DNA of 64,000 bases from Takakia lepidozioides (Eukaryota; Plantae; Bryophyta), in NCBI GenBank assembly GCA_030704615.1, contig CM060731.1, positions 54,188,001-54,252,000 of the forward strand. Direction: 5' to 3'. Positions 13,741 through 27,270 of this stretch are shown here, one piece after another. The notes below the pieces were generated by a model. It was not told where the DNA came from. It saw nothing but the letters and a program-made list of their open reading frames with translations, and ran no database searches. Within the stretch, counting starts at the first letter, position 1. The number at the start of each line of letters is the position of its first letter. Both the position numbers and the translations under genes were made by a program.

Positions 13741-16294
13741 GGTGTGTTGTGCTGAGTCATGCTCCCTAGTTTCCCTTCCTCTTTATTTTTTGCCAAAGCA
13801 AGAGAGTCCATTGCAATTTGAGGCTTGTTTCATTTGATATTAATTTGACTGGTGTAATGATTATGGCTTTTGGTACAATAAGTAGATGGATTATGAATGT
13901 TGTTTATATGATATCTTTTTCTTCTTATTTTCAATTGGTTGTAATTTGAAATCGTTTGAATTTTGATTTAATGTCACGCTTTCATGAAAAAGCTTGGTTG
14001 CTTTTTTTTTAATGCATATTTGCTCCGGCACCGCCACAAATTGCATAGGTGTCGACAAGGGCATTTTCCAAATTAATATATGATATAATTTGAGCGTAAA
14101 GAATATCCAAAAAACATCCTTTGTATTTCGAGTGGGCTTATTTCGTGGAATATAGTGCCACGTTGCTAGAGTGGCTTACGGGGTGTAAGCACCCCGCGCC
14201 AGTGGCTTACACTCCGTAACACTCCTTGCCAGCCTAGCAAGGCACTTTTTTTTCGAAAATTCTTTACGCTGGGGAAGCAACCCACGCACGTTGCTTACCC
14301 TACACTTGGATAATGTCAGCATGGATCCACTTGGCCCTTTCCAGGGCTCCTAGGCTGGCACACGCATTGAGAAGACTGATGAATATAACCTTGTCAGCCA
14401 TCACTCAGTCCCTTTGGAATACATATCAGCAAGGGCAGTCTCTAGAATGATATCTGGTGTAATTCCAACTTTCATCATGTCAGCATGAATCCCTTTCAAG
14501 GGCTCCTATTCTTGCACACCCATTCAGAACACCAAGGATGGTGACCTTGTTGGGCATCAGTCCAAGGGGTTGGAAAAGATGGAAGCTACAGCTTAAATGA
14601 CATGGTGATTGTCAAGATGATCTACTCAACTTTCCTAGAAATTCACACCTTCAGCTTACCACACATGATTGTTAAAACCCCCGTAAATGCACTTGCAGCT
14701 ACATACATGTTCCTACATTGCTGATCCAGTATGAAAAGATTCACATTGCAATTGTTGTCGAAGAGGCTCTCAGAAATAGTTGCTACCCTCATGACGTAGG
14801 ATTTGAAGTTACTCATGTTCAGTACGATCATTTGCATTACACTTAGAATCATTATTACCACCAACCATATCTGCCTTCTTGTGTGGTTGTCGTGACTCTG
14901 CAAAACCTGTTCTCCTGCACCTGAACTAATGCTTAAAGCAAGGACTAGGAAAGAAACCTTCCATCTCAACAATAAGATTCAAGGAAAGAATATAAAGACC
15001 TCACCCTCGAGAAAGTCTCGTGCTGCACTCAAAGAGGTAGCCTCCCCGACCAAACCCTGCAGCTTTGTTGGTCGCTGCAAAAGACATACTGCATGTGAAA
15101 TGTAGGGGAGAGAGAGAGATTCCAACATAACAAAAAGGAGGACTACCCGCTGAAAGAACTAGGGCAAGGTATTCAGCGAGCCGCACAGGGCAGCATCTCA
15201 TTATTGGATTCACCACCTTCAAACCATGATCACTACAGATGGTCACTTCAAGTCTGACTTACTACCATAATCTGGCCCTCTTGGATGAATCTGGACCCAC
15301 ACTCTATCCCTGCTCCTTCAGCTATCCATGCCTCTGCACAAATCATGCATAAATCCTTGCCTTGCTGCTAGCAGCTGACAATGACAGCCTAGATTTTTTC
15401 TAGGAAACCCCCAACTCCACTTATCACACTGGTTCCTATGCTCAATTGCATCTGCTACTCTCTGTAATCCAACAGACATTCACCTTTTTGCCTCGATTGG
15501 CATATCTTGCAATCATCGCACTCCGCGACACCGCATCTCGTTCAGCCATACTGTCAAACACTTCCTTCATACATGTCCACGAGGGTATTGTTCAGAATGA
15601 CATTTGGTACAATTGCAGCTCTGACAATGTCGTCATGGACCTCTTTGCCCTTTTCCAGAGCTGCCAGGCTTGCACACGCATTGCAAATGCGCACAAACGT
15701 GATGCTGTCGGGCTTCACCCCTTCCCCCATCATTTGATCATAGGTCTCCAAAACCTCCATACCACGTCCCTGTTGTGCATACCCTACAAGGATCGCATTC
15801 TATGACACCACAATGACACCACATCTCGTTCAGCCATAGTGCTGAAAACTCCCTTCGCATCCTTAATGCACCCACATTTGGCATACATGTCCACCAGGGC
15901 AGTGTTCAGAATGACATCTGGTACATCTCCCAGGCTGCGAGGCTGGCACAGACATTGGCAACACAGACAAATGTGACCATGTCAGGGGTCACCCCTTGCT
16001 GAATCATTTGCTCATAGATCTCCAAAGCCTCCCTACCACACCCATGCTGGGCATATCCTGTGATCATTGTGTTCCATGAGACCACAGTGCGTTGAGCCAT
16101 ATTGTCAAATACATGACGGGCATCCTGTATGTCGCCACATTTGGTATACATGTCAACCAAGGCAATATCCAGAACAAATATCTGTCACAATTGTGGTTGT
16201 CATGATGTCAGCATGGGCAACTTTACCCTTCTCTAGGGCTGTCAGGCTTGCACAGGCACTGACAATGCAGATGCATGTGACCTAGTCTAGGGTC

Positions 16295-16520
16295 ACCATT
16301 TTTGGCATCAGATACTTGGACATGTCTCAATGCAAAGTTTGACATTCATGTCAGCTAACAATCTGGTTGAAAGCATGGATCTTACAAGAGAACGAGTCTT
16401 GAATTTTTGTGACGGATGTTTGTATGGTAAACACCATCGCAATTCATTTCCAAAAGATGGAGGTTCTCGAACAAAGAATATCTTGAGTTGGTGTATACGG
16501 ATCTATGCGGTCCTATGTTA
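16295..16520 (+). mobile_element. Ty1/Copia remnant (GAG-pre-integrase and start of integrase)
   Basis: WH.R.GH-like start, then FCDGCLYGKHHRNSFPK and VYTDLCGPM (ORFs 16330..16521, 16488..16703). Confidence 0.8.
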
Positions 16521-16539
16521 AAGTATGACGCCTCCCGAA

Positions 16540-16690
16540 GGGAGCGTAACTTATGGTGTCTCTTCACCACAAGGGCTATTGCCTTCCAGCTGAAAGGTGG
16601 ACACCTTCATGACACACCAGACTGTGGTTTGAACCCACAACCACGTCCAATGTGGTATGTGCCCATTACCACTGGACTACATGTTGGTTG
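16540..16690 (-). mobile_element. tRNA-derived SINE (family 2)
   Basis: Minus strand A-box tagtccagtggta and B-box ggttcaaaccac; second copy at about 44170-44345. Confidence 0.7.
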
Positions 16691-16708
16691 TCTCCTATGT
16701 TAACTAAA

Positions 16709-17249
16709 CTAGGGCTTCGCGTTGCTCCGCACTACTAGCGACAACTTCTGAGAAGGACGTCCGGACGGATGGGCCATACTCGAGGATCATGAGAGAGAGA
16801 AAATATGGTGGCCCTTACATGGAACGTTTAGGTGTGTCTAATTTAAGCTCTACCAAGCTATGTTTTTGCTCCAATTGTCACTCTGTCTCCTCCTTGTGCT
16901 TTGGCCAACAGTTTGACCCCTTTTAATTGGAATGAAAGCCCGTGTTTCTTGTGATGGAAATTCATCCAATATCGGATGTTACACTTGACTGCAACGAGAT
17001 CCCCTGAACGTACGGATTCTCCATCCATTTTTTGGCCATTTTCGTTAAGGACTTCTATTGTATTGTACATCCCGTCGTTGTTTCTTTTTTGACATTTGTT
17101 GTTACTGGACGTCGAGCCAGAGTTGTTGTTTGCGTTAGTTTTTAGGAGCTTTTTCGTGAAGCTCATGTTGTTTCCACCCATCCACGTCATGTCCTCGCCT
17201 CTCCTCTGTCGGCTATTTCCGACGTTGACATGGTTGTTTGTATGTATGG

Positions 17250-17284
<35 letters not shown>

Positions 17285-17330
17285 CAGATGAAAGTATATA
17301 TCGGTGGGTTTTTTAGGAGAATTATTAAAC
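16709..17330 (-). mobile_element. Helitron-like element (3' end at 16709; 5' end not defined) carrying a small ORF
   Basis: Minus strand ends ...gtgcggagcaacgcgaagccCTAG followed by T; the same terminus occurs at 43055-43104 and 13586. Confidence 0.55.
16858..17190 (-). CDS. Small ORF resembling the C-terminal half of a T7 gp2.5 / DUF2815-type OB-fold single-stranded DNA-binding protein; probably a frameshifted relic
   Basis: IEVLNENGQKMDGESVRSGDLVAVKCNIRYW....KKHGLSFQLKGVKLL resembles the pattern V.d.nG......i.sG..v.v......y......Gis..L..vq; TATA-like tatata near 17295-17301 and a (CT)n leader upstream; an out-of-frame ATG at 17231. Confidence 0.45.
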   Translation of the reverse strand: MTWMGGNNMSFTKKLLKTNANNNSGSTSSNNKCQKRNNDGMYNTIEVLNENGQKMDGESVRSGDLVAVKCNIRYWMNFHHKKHGLSFQLKGVKLLAKAQGGDRVTIGAKT

Positions 17331-18814
17331 CCTAAGAGTGCAACTTTAAAATTAATCACGCTAATCTATAGAACTGTGGCTTTCTCTCTCAGACCGAGGT
17401 TGATGCTACACCGCTTTGTTGGGAAGTTAGGTGCAAAGTGCGATGTAACAGTATGTTATATTCCTCTGCTTCACCTGTACTTGGAAGCATCATTCGATTA
17501 GGGACCATCTCACAATCGGTTATTTTTTTAGCAACAACACCTAGTGAAGACGAAAGGCCTAGTCCATTGATGTTTGATTCAGGCCCAGCTATGCTGATTG
17601 AGGAATTCCAATAGGAGCTGGCCCTTCACTTCCTGCTCACAATTGTTTTGTTCCTGTCATAAAACCAGAGAACCTCACATCAGAACGTAAAGGCTTACAA
17701 ATACATACAGATCCATCTGCACTTTTTCAGTGCTCAAAGACTGGCACAGGCATCAGAATACACATGAGGTTCACCTACCAGGCATCACCCATTCACAATC
17801 TCCAAAGCCTCCTTGCCACTCAGTACATAAACAGAGTACACATAAGTTCCTTGCTTTGCATCCTCAATGCACCCACATTGGGCATACATGTCCACCAGGG
17901 CAGAGTTCAGAATGACATCTGGTACAATTCCAGCTTTGACAATGTCACCATAGACCTCTTTTGACCTTTTCCAGGGCTGCCAGGCTTGCACAAGCATTGC
18001 AATCGCACAAAAACATGATGTGGTTGGGCTTCACCCCTTCCCCCATAATTTGATCATAGGTCTCCAAATCCACCATCCCACGTCCCTGCTGTGCATACCC
18101 TGCAATGCTTGTGAGTGTGCACCTGCTTTCCAGCTTCCAGACCTTTGTTGGCGTGAATCCACATCAGAGTTTGTTGGCACTAGGAAAGGGTTGAGACTGA
18201 GCTGCTCAACTACTCCCTGGTCTTACTGGGTTTACATAGTGTGCCAAGCACAACATCTGGTGCCAAAACCTCCATCCAGTGCCCCTGCTGTGCAGACCCT
18301 ACAAACATCAAGTTCCACGACACCACATCTCGTTCAGCCATACTGTTCCCTTCATACATGTCCACGAGGGTATTGTTCAGAATGACATGTGGTACAATTG
18401 CAGCTCTGACAATGTCGCCATGGACCTCTTTGCCCTTCTCCAGAGCTGCCAGGCTTGCACACGCATTGCCAACTATCAAAGGTTCACTCAACCAGTAACT
18501 TGCAGAAATCAACATGAAAATTTAAGGACGATTTCGATAAGGGGGGAAAACAGGGTGAAATGTTTTGAAGAAGATGCCTTCATTAGCAGTGCCTGATTTT
18601 ATGAATTGTGCCGCAGATGCTGAATCTGGACCCACACTTTTCCCTTTTCCATGGCTGCTAGGCTTGCACAAGCATTGCCAATGCACACAAACGTGTGGTT
18701 GCACTTCACCTTTTCCCCCATCATTTGTTCATAGGTCTCCAAAGCCTCCATCCCGCGCCCCTGTTGTGCATACCCTGCAAGCATCGCGTTGGGCAATGTT
18801 CAGAATGACATCTG

Positions 18815-19370
18815 GTATTTGAGAGGGTGTGCTAATGAGCCCAAAAGCTATGGCCAGCTTTTCGCTGTGGTGGTAAAGAGCCTGTTCCTTCATCTGCTGA
18901 TCCACATCACGCAACACAAAGCGTGTCTCAGGGCACATATCCCGCCTCCTTAATCTGCCAAGTCAGTCTCTCTAACGCATCATAGATCTCCTCTGCTTGT
19001 GGGTGAGATCTATCTCCAATGGCAAATGTATCCATCTTGTGATTCCACCTTGAAAATACATTCTGCAGCACACTCTGCTAACTCCACATTTCCATAGATT
19101 CTACGGGCACCAAGCAAGGCCCCTCACACTGAAGCACCTGGTTTGAGTGCCATGTTGGCAATAAAATCTTCTTCATCCAAGCGCCCTGCATGGCCAAGGA
19201 GGTCAACCATGCAGGTGCAGTGCTTTTCTGTTGGTGTAATGCCATGCTCTTGACACATGGATTGAAAATAATGACCACCTTCATCTACAAGGCCCAAATG
19301 GCTGCATGCAGAGAGAACACCAATAAATGTGATCTCATTTGGCTTCACACTAGTACAAATCAATGAGGGC
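18815..19370 (-). pseudogene. PPR E/E+ and truncated DYW domain remnant
   Basis: ITFIGVLSACSHLGLVDEG..YF..M...HGITP...H.TCMVDLLG.AG.L, then PETRFVLRDVD...[22 protein letters not shown]. Confidence 0.85.
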
Positions 19371-21884
19371 ATTCCTGACGTAGCATCTGACTCACACACA
19401 GATTTCATAATGTAGGCATGGACCCACTTGCCCTGTTCCAGGGATGCTTCACACCCTCTCTTTGCATTTGTCGAAAGAGTTTGAAAGCCTCCTCACCATG
19501 ACCACTATGTGCACATCCTCCAATCATCGCAGTCCATGAGACCACATCTCGCTTAGGCATTCTGACAAACACATTGAGTGCATCCATCACACTCCTGCAC
19601 TTGCAATACATACTGACAAGGGCATTCCCGAGTCCAACATCTGACTCAAATTCAGCTTTGATGATGCTGGCAAGGAGCTGCTTGCCCCGTTCTAAAGCCT
19701 CCGGGCCAGCACAAGCGTTGAGGACAATAATAAAAGAGACAATATCTGCCTTCATGCCTTCTCTTTGCATGCGCTGAAAGAGTTAAAAAGACCATGACCA
19801 TGCTGAGCAGATCCTGCAATCATAGCAGTCCACGAGAGCCCATCTCGCTTGGGCATTGCACGTCAAATACTTGGGTGGCATCCATCAAACTCTCACACCT
19901 GCAATACATGCTGACAAGGGCAGTCCCCACAGGGACATCCCCCTCAAGTCCAGCCTCAATGCACGCACCACATCACATTCAGCAATACTGTCAAACACTC
20001 CATTTGCATCCTCGATGCACCCACATTTGACATACATGTCCACCAGGGCAGTGTTCACAATGACATCGGGTACAATTCCAGATTTGATAATGTCACCATG
20101 GACCTCTTTGCACTTTTCCAGGGCTGCCAGGCTTGCACACGCATTGCAAATGCAAACAAACGTCATGTAGTTGGGCTTCACCCCCTTCGCACATCATTTG
20201 CTCATAGGTCTCCAAAGCCTCCATCCGTGCCCTTGCTGTGCATATCCTGCAATCATCGCACTCCACGACACCACATCTCATTCAGCCATATTGTCAAACA
20301 CTCCCTTCATACATGTCCACGAGGGTATTGTTCATAATGACATTTGGTACAACTGCAGCTCTGACCATGTCGCCATGGACCTCTTTGCCCTTTTCCAGAG
20401 CTGCCAAGCTTGCACACGCATTGCTAATGCATAGAAACGTGATGTGGTTGGGCTTCACCCCTTGCCCCATCATCTGATCAAGGTCTCCAAAGCCCCCATA
20501 CCACGTCCCTGCTGTGGATACCCTGCAAGCATCGTCTTCAATGACACCACATCTCGTTCAGCCATAGTGTTGAAAACTCCCTTTGCATCCTTAATGCACC
20601 CACATTTGGCATACATGTCCACCATGGTAGTGTTCACAATGACATCTGGTACAATTCCAGCTTTGACGATGTCACCTTGCACCTCTTTGCCCTTTTCCAG
20701 GGCTGCCAGGCTTGCAAACGCACAAATGTGATGTGGTCAAGCTTCACCCCTTCCACCATCATTGCTCATAGGTCTCCAAAGCCTCCGTCCCGCGCTCCTG
20801 CTGTGCATACCCTGCAAGCATCGCGGTCCACGACACCACATTTCATTCAGCCATATTGTCGAACACTGCCTTCGCATCCTCAATGCTCCCACATTTGGCA
20901 TACATGTCCATGAGGGCATTGTTCAGAATGACATCGGGTACAATTCCAGCCCTGACAATGTCGCCATGGGCCTCTTTGCCATTTTCCAGAGCTGCCAGGC
21001 TTGCGCATGCATTGCAAACACACACAAACGTGATGTGGTTGGGCTTCACCCCTTCCCCCATCATTTGTTCATAGGTCTCCAAAGCCTCCACCCCACGTCC
21101 CTGCTGTGCATACCCTGCAAGCATCACGCTCCATGACACCACATCTCGTTCAGCCTGCATATTGTTGAACTTTCAAAACTGCCTTTGCATCCTTAATGCA
21201 CCCACATTTGGCATACATGTCCACCAGGGCAGTGTTCAGAATGACATCTGGTAGAATTCCAGCTTTGACGATGTCATCATGGACCTCTTTGCCCTTTTCC
21301 AGGGCTCCCAGGCTTGCACACGCATTGCAAACGCAAAGGAACGTGATATGGTTGGGCTTCACCCCTTCCCCCATCATTTGCTCATAGGTCTCCAAAGCCT
21401 CCCTGCTGTGCATACCCTGCAAGCATCGCGCTCCACGACACCACATCTTGTTCAGCCTGCATATTGTTGAAAACTGCCTTTGCATCCTTAATGCACCCAC
21501 ATTTGGCATACATGTCCACCAGGGCAGTGTTCAGAATGACATCTAGTACAATTCCAGCTTTGACGATCTCATCATGGACCTCTTTCCCCTTTTCCAGGGC
21601 TCCCAGGTTTGCACACGCAAGGCTGCCCTTCACTCATCCATGTCACAAACCGGAAATGAGTTCAGGGTTTTATGCCAACTGTTGTTCGGACATTCTGCAC
21701 TCTTCCAACATGGCCTTGGACACGTCAGCTTCCAAGTCAACTTCCAAGTCAACTTCATCTTAGCAGGGTCAGTTCCTCTTGCCTAATATCCAGGTACTTG
21801 AAATCTCCTCTTCCCGTTCTGCCAGGACTTCACTTGTTGGACTGGATGTTGGCAGATCCACTACCTTCGTCTCCAGACACAAAA

Positions 21885-22500
21885 CCAATGGCCAGCTTCT
21901 CACTGTGGTGGCAAACAAAAAATTCCTTTTCCTCCTCCCCCACATCATGCAATACAAACACGTGTCAGGCACATACCCCGCCTCCTTTCATCTGCCCAGA
22001 CTCAGCTCAGCATGGATTTCCTTAATTCTGGGATGTCATCTACAACGAAGGTGTGCACCCTATTGCCAACCTCAATGTAGCAGCGACCTGGCTCCTTTCT
22101 AACCCCTCTAACCTTCATCATTCTTCTCACCTTTGCAGTATTATCCCACCTACCAGCTGCAGCATAGATGTTTGATAGCAACACATAAGTCGCGGCATCC
22201 TAGTGTTCATCCCATTTGAGGATAGATGTTGCCGCACGTTCAGCCATCTCCACATTGCCATGGATTCTGCAGGCACGAAGCAAGGCCTTCCACACCACAA
22301 CGTCTGGATTGATTGGCATCTTATTAATCAGATCCACTACCTCATCCAGTTGTCCCGCACGTCCAAGAAGGTCCACCATACAGCCAAAGTGCTTTACTGT
22401 CGGAGTGACACCATGATCTTGATTTCCTTCATTCAGTAGGCCAGAGTGGCTGCATGCAGAGAGAACACATATAAAGGTGATACTGTCCGGCTTCAAGCCA
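21885..22500 (-). pseudogene. PPR E/E+ and truncated DYW (PG-box type) remnant
   Basis: [80 protein letters not shown]. Confidence 0.85.
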
Positions 22501-23939
22501 TTCTTTTACATTCCCTCAAATAGTTGCAGGACCTCCCTATGACACCATGCTGGGCATATCCTGCGAACATCGCGTTCCACGACACCACATTTCGTTCAGC
22601 CATATTGTCGAACACTCCCTTCGCATCCTCTATGCACCCACATTTGGCATACATGTCCACTAGGGCAGTGTACAATTCCAGCTTTGACGATGTCACCATG
22701 GACCTCTTTTCCCTTTTCCAGGGCTGCCAGGCTTGCACAGGCATTACAAACGGAAACAAACGTGATGCGGTCGGGCTTCACCCCTCCCCCCATCATTTGC
22801 TCATAGGTCTCCAAAGCCTCCATCCCGCGCCCTTGCTGTGCATACCCTGCAATCATCGCACTCCACGACACCAAATCTCGTTCAGCCATACTGTCAAACA
22901 CTCCCTCCGCATCCTCGATGCACCCACATTTTGCATACATGCCCACGAGGATATCGTTCAGAATCACATCTGGTACAATTCCAGCTTTTGCGATACAACC
23001 ATGCACTCTTTGCCCTTTTCCAGGGCTGCCAGGCTTGCAAACGCATAGATGTGATGTGGTCGGGCTTCACCCCTTCCACCATCATCTGCTCACACGTCTC
23101 CAAAGCCTCCATCCCGCGCCCCTGCTGTGTATGCCCTGCAAGCATCGCATTCCATGACACCACATTTCATTCAGCCATATTGTTGAACACTGCCTTCGCA
23201 TCCTCGATGCTGCCACATTTGGCATACATGTCCGCGAGGGCAGTGTTCAGAATGACATCTGATACAATTCCAGCTTTGATAATGTCACCATGGACCTCTT
23301 TGCCCTTTTCCAGGGCTGCCAGGCTTTGCACACGCATTGCAAACGCACACAAACGTGATGTGGTTGGGCTTCACCCCTTCCCCATCATTTGTTCATAGGT
23401 GTCCAAAGCCTCCAGCTCATATCCATGCTGGGCATATCCTGCAATCATCGCATTCCAGGACACCACATCCTGTTCAGCATGATGTGGTTGGGCTTCACCC
23501 CTTCGCGCATCATTTGCTCATACGCCTGTACCTCTGTTTACCAACTTTGAAAGTCTCGAGGCTGAGCCAAACGCCCAGGCCCTTTTGGGGCCTAGTTATT
23601 GGGCAAACCACACACAGCAGGTTGATGCTTGTGTAAAGGGATTTCTAGAGGATATCTGGAAAACCCGGATCAATTGTTTAAACTGGGCGCGGAGTCAATG
23701 GCCACAAGGCTACGGCAAACAACGTCTTAGGAATACTCTCTCTATCTCTCCCTCCAGACGAGAGGAATTCAAGGTCAGATGGTTGGGTCAGCTGCAATGT
23801 AGGACTAAAAACACATACCCTAAGTTAATCGACTCTATCTTGGAAGCAGGATTGCCCTGTCAAACAGGTTAAGTCCTGGCGGAAGAAGCGGTTTTCAAGG
23901 ATCTGATTCTGAGTCCGCAAACACAAACGAACGTGATGT

Positions 23940-24720
23940 GGATGGGCTTCACCCCTCGTGTGCACCTGCTTTCCAGCTTCAAGGCCTTTCATCTTGATGC
24001 ACTTATGCAAGAGACAGACATACGTATCTGAATCTGCTGAAATTCCTCCTTGGTTTAAAGTTTGTAGAGCCTCTTTCAGTCTGCTTGCCTCACAAAGCAT
24101 CTTCACATGCCCAGAAGTGCCAGAAGAGGCATTGTGGACTCCCTCTCTTGATCCTCTTTCAGAAGTTGTGGTAACAGTATATGCCCATAAATTTGAGCAT
24201 AGTAATATATGTGCAACACCCGTTGTCAGGAGCTGATGAATCGATGGGGTGTGATGGCAGCTTGTCACTGAATGTTAAGACTGCACTCTTTATGTTGCGC
24301 TAGTTAGTTGACCATTTCCCCATGCAGGTTTCTTGTAGCTATTGATCCACAGGGAATCATAGGTCATCTAGAGCTTGAAGTCCGGCCCTGTTGGATGAGT
24401 CTGGACCCACACTCTATCCCTGCTCCTTCAGCTATCCATGCCTATGTACAAATCATGCATACATCCTTGCTTTGCTGCTAGCAGCTGACAATGACAGCCT
24501 AGATTTGTTCTAGGAAACACCCAACTCAACTTATCACACTAGTTCCTATGCTCAATTGCATCTGCTACTCTCTGTAATCCAACAGGCATTTACCTTTTTT
24601 GCCTCGATTGTCCCACCATTAACAGGGGTCAGAAAAGTATTCATTCCACAGCTTCTCGTCTTTGTTACCTGTTTCTGGATACTTTCCTGTTGTCACATTG
24701 GCAGTATCATGTCAGTCACT
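23940..24720 (-). pseudogene. 5' part of a PDF-motif-PPR gene (OSB-type PDF motif split by an intron, followed by linker and first PPR motifs)
   Basis: Reverse-complement copy of 46480-47100: LWNEYFSDP...WDNRGKK, intron, (T)HPTGPDFKL, then HVKMLCEASRLKEALQTLNQGGISADSDTYVCLLHKC. Confidence 0.75.
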
Positions 24721-25482
24721 CCAAACTATCAAAGGTTTAGTCAACCAGCTAACTTGCAGAATTCAACATGAAAATTTAGGGCTGATTCTGATAACAGGCA
24801 TCTCAGGGCCTAGTCTGATGAGAGGCAAAAACAGGCTGAAATAGGTCGAAGAAGAGGGTACCGTCACCATATTGCGTGAAACCCCTCCGCCCTCAAGGAT
24901 GTCGGGTGGCTCAATTCTGGCTTTGATAATATCAGCATGGATCTTTTTGGCCTTTTCCAGGTCTGCTAGGCTGGCACATGCATCGAGAACGGAAGTGAAT
25001 GTGACTTTGTCCGGTACCCACCCTTCCCATATCATTTGCTCATAGGTCTCCAAGGCCTCCTGACCACACCCTTGCTGAGCATATCCTGCAATCATCGCAC
25101 TCCATGAAACCACATCTCGTCCAGCCATATTGACGAAAACTCGACGGGCCTCCTTCATGCTTCCGCACTTGGCATAGATGGCAGCAAGGGCAGCCTCTAG
25201 AATGATATCTGGTGCAATTCCAGCTTTCAAAATGTCAGCTTGGACCTGTTTTCCCTTTTCCAGGGCACCTATGCTGGCACACGCTGCTGAGAGCAGAAAC
25301 GAACGTGACCTTGGTGGGCGTCACCCCTTCACGTACCATTGGTCAAAGGTTCCACATTCTGTGTGCTGCTTGTGTCTGTAGTCAGGTAATGCCAGATTGG
25401 TCTGTGAGAACCACCACGGTGCAGAAAGAGATTGAAACACGGCGTAAGACCAAGCTGACTCTTCCAAGAACCTTGTAAACGC

Positions 25483-26302
25483 GATCAAGAACGCGGGGTA
25501 TCATCTATCCGGGTTTTTTTCCCAGTTATTTTCGGGCAGATTGGGCAGGGCCCAAAGAAATTGACGACATACGAAACGTGGCGACGACAGGTGGCTACGA
25601 CAGGTGGCTACGACATGTGGCTACGACACGTGGCGACGATGATGTGGCACTATGGCACCCTATTCCTGCTCTACGCTAAACTAGCTCTCGACCTTCGGTC
25701 GTCGCTAGAATTAGATAGAGCAATGTTCATGCAGGGAGTCACCGCCGAATTACTTAAAATCTCATCGTGGCATTGCCATAAAATCGAAGTGTTTTGTTGT
25801 AAAGAAAATAAATATTCGGCACTTCACTGCTGGATCAGCCTTCCCACTACGGTTAGTACCAGCCGGTTCCATAGTATTGAAAGATTCCCTTAATTTTAAT
25901 ACCTGCCGCTTCTCAATAGTAGTATTATTTTCGATCTGCGGATTAACATGTATTATAAATAAATAAAAGGCGTTAGCCAATTACTTTATTGAAGGAGGGA
26001 AAAAATAAACCCATGTATTGAATTTAGAAGATTTCAGTTCTAGCGACGACCGAAGGTCGGAAGCTAGTTTAGCGTAGAGCAGGAATAGGGTGCCATAGTG
26101 CCACGTCATCGTCGCCACGTTTCGTCGCCACATCATCGTAACCACGTCATCGTAGTTAGGTCATCGTAGACACGTCATCGTAGCCAGGTCATCGTTGTAG
26201 TCAATTTCTTTGGAATCTGCCTGGACGGCCCACGCGAAATAGGCCAATAGAAATCGCCGCGCCAACGTTTTTGGAACTGCCCGCAATGCCCGGATCTTGA
26301 TC
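25483..26302. mobile_element. Non-autonomous foldback/MITE-like DNA element with long inverted arms and ~13-bp subterminal tandem repeats
   Basis: 25552-25710 is the near reverse complement of 26038-26212; outer ends gatcaaga / tcttgatc; AT-rich non-coding core; no TSD identified. Confidence 0.75.
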
Positions 26303-26512
26303 TTCTTGAACTGCAAGAGCTCTGTGTTTTCCGCCATCATTCACCTTGCAAGCACAGGCATGGATAGTTGAAGGAGCAGGGATCAAGTGTGGGTCCAGAT
26401 TCATCCAAAAGGGCCGGATTTCAAGCTCCAGATTAACTATGATTCAAAAAGAGAGGAAAAGAGAGAAAGAGAGGAGGGGGAGGGAAGGAAAGGATGGTCT
26501 CTGCTATAACAG

Positions 26513-26640
26513 AGCAAATGAAATATGTGGTGAATCAAAGCGACAAACCATCAATGCTGAGGATATGCTCAAAGCTGTTGAGGAGCTGGACCTCACCGAG
26601 TTTTGTGAGCCCTTGAGAGCTGCACTTGCAGGTGTGTATG

Positions 26641-26684
<44 letters not shown>

Positions 26685-27270
26685 GATGATTGCATTTGCA
26701 GTGATGACTTAAGTGGATTATTTGAGTTTTTTGTTCTGTCTTTCCTTATGGGGCAAGGTGCCAGATCAAACTCTAGTAGAAAACCTCTTTAGGGAACACC
26801 TCAGAAGTTTGAGAAAGCCAAAAAAGTCAACAAAGGCACTAGTCTTTCTCACACTCTGTGTATCTTCCCTGGCCCTTGTTGGCGTCTAATTGTTGGGCAG
26901 CTCACACACAGCAGATTGATGCTCGTGTGAAGGGATTTCTAGGAGAACCTGGAAAGCTGTTTATACCAAGGTAAGTCCCACTACTGGAGTGAGCCCCTGA
27001 CAAAGGTAGCGTCTGTTCCCTCTTGTTCTACCCAAACTGGGCGTAGGGTCTATGACAACATCATCTCATGAGTACATTCTATGTCTTCCTTTTGCATGAC
27101 TTATCTAGACTGTCTTTAAAGAACAAAGTTCTTGAGCAGTTATGGGTGCTTGCAGGCTTCAGGAAAGATAATGAGTCTAAGAAATCTGAAACGAAATGGA
27201 AAGGTGGGGTCAGAAAGAGAAAGCCTGATGGTGACACTAAAGAGGGGGAAGCAAATTCAATCGCAGATGG
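26513..27270 (+). pseudogene. Two-exon fragment of a histone-fold DPB4/POLE3/CHRAC17 (NF-YB-like) gene
   Basis: Exon 26513-26631 ANEICGESKRQTINAEDMLKAVEELDLTEFCEPLRAALAG, GT-AG intron, exon from 27156 FRKDNESKK...KRK; 5' exons absent. Confidence 0.75.

Larger units (their letters stand above)
14310..25330 (-). pseudogene. Mosaic of PLS-class PPR (plus E/E+/DYW and PDF-motif) pseudogene fragments, minus strand
   Basis: Dozens of short ORFs repeating [81 protein letters not shown], broken by frameshifts, stops and junctions. Confidence 0.9.

Noticed and set aside
14643-15246. ORFs 14643..14972 and 15001..15246 as a captured gene
   Set aside because: Splice-like signals are present but no recognisable protein motif
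25560-26200. Short ~13-bp tandem repeats that look like a CRISPR or iteron array
   Set aside because: No unique spacers or cas genes; they are mirrored subterminal repeats of a foldback element in a eukaryotic genome
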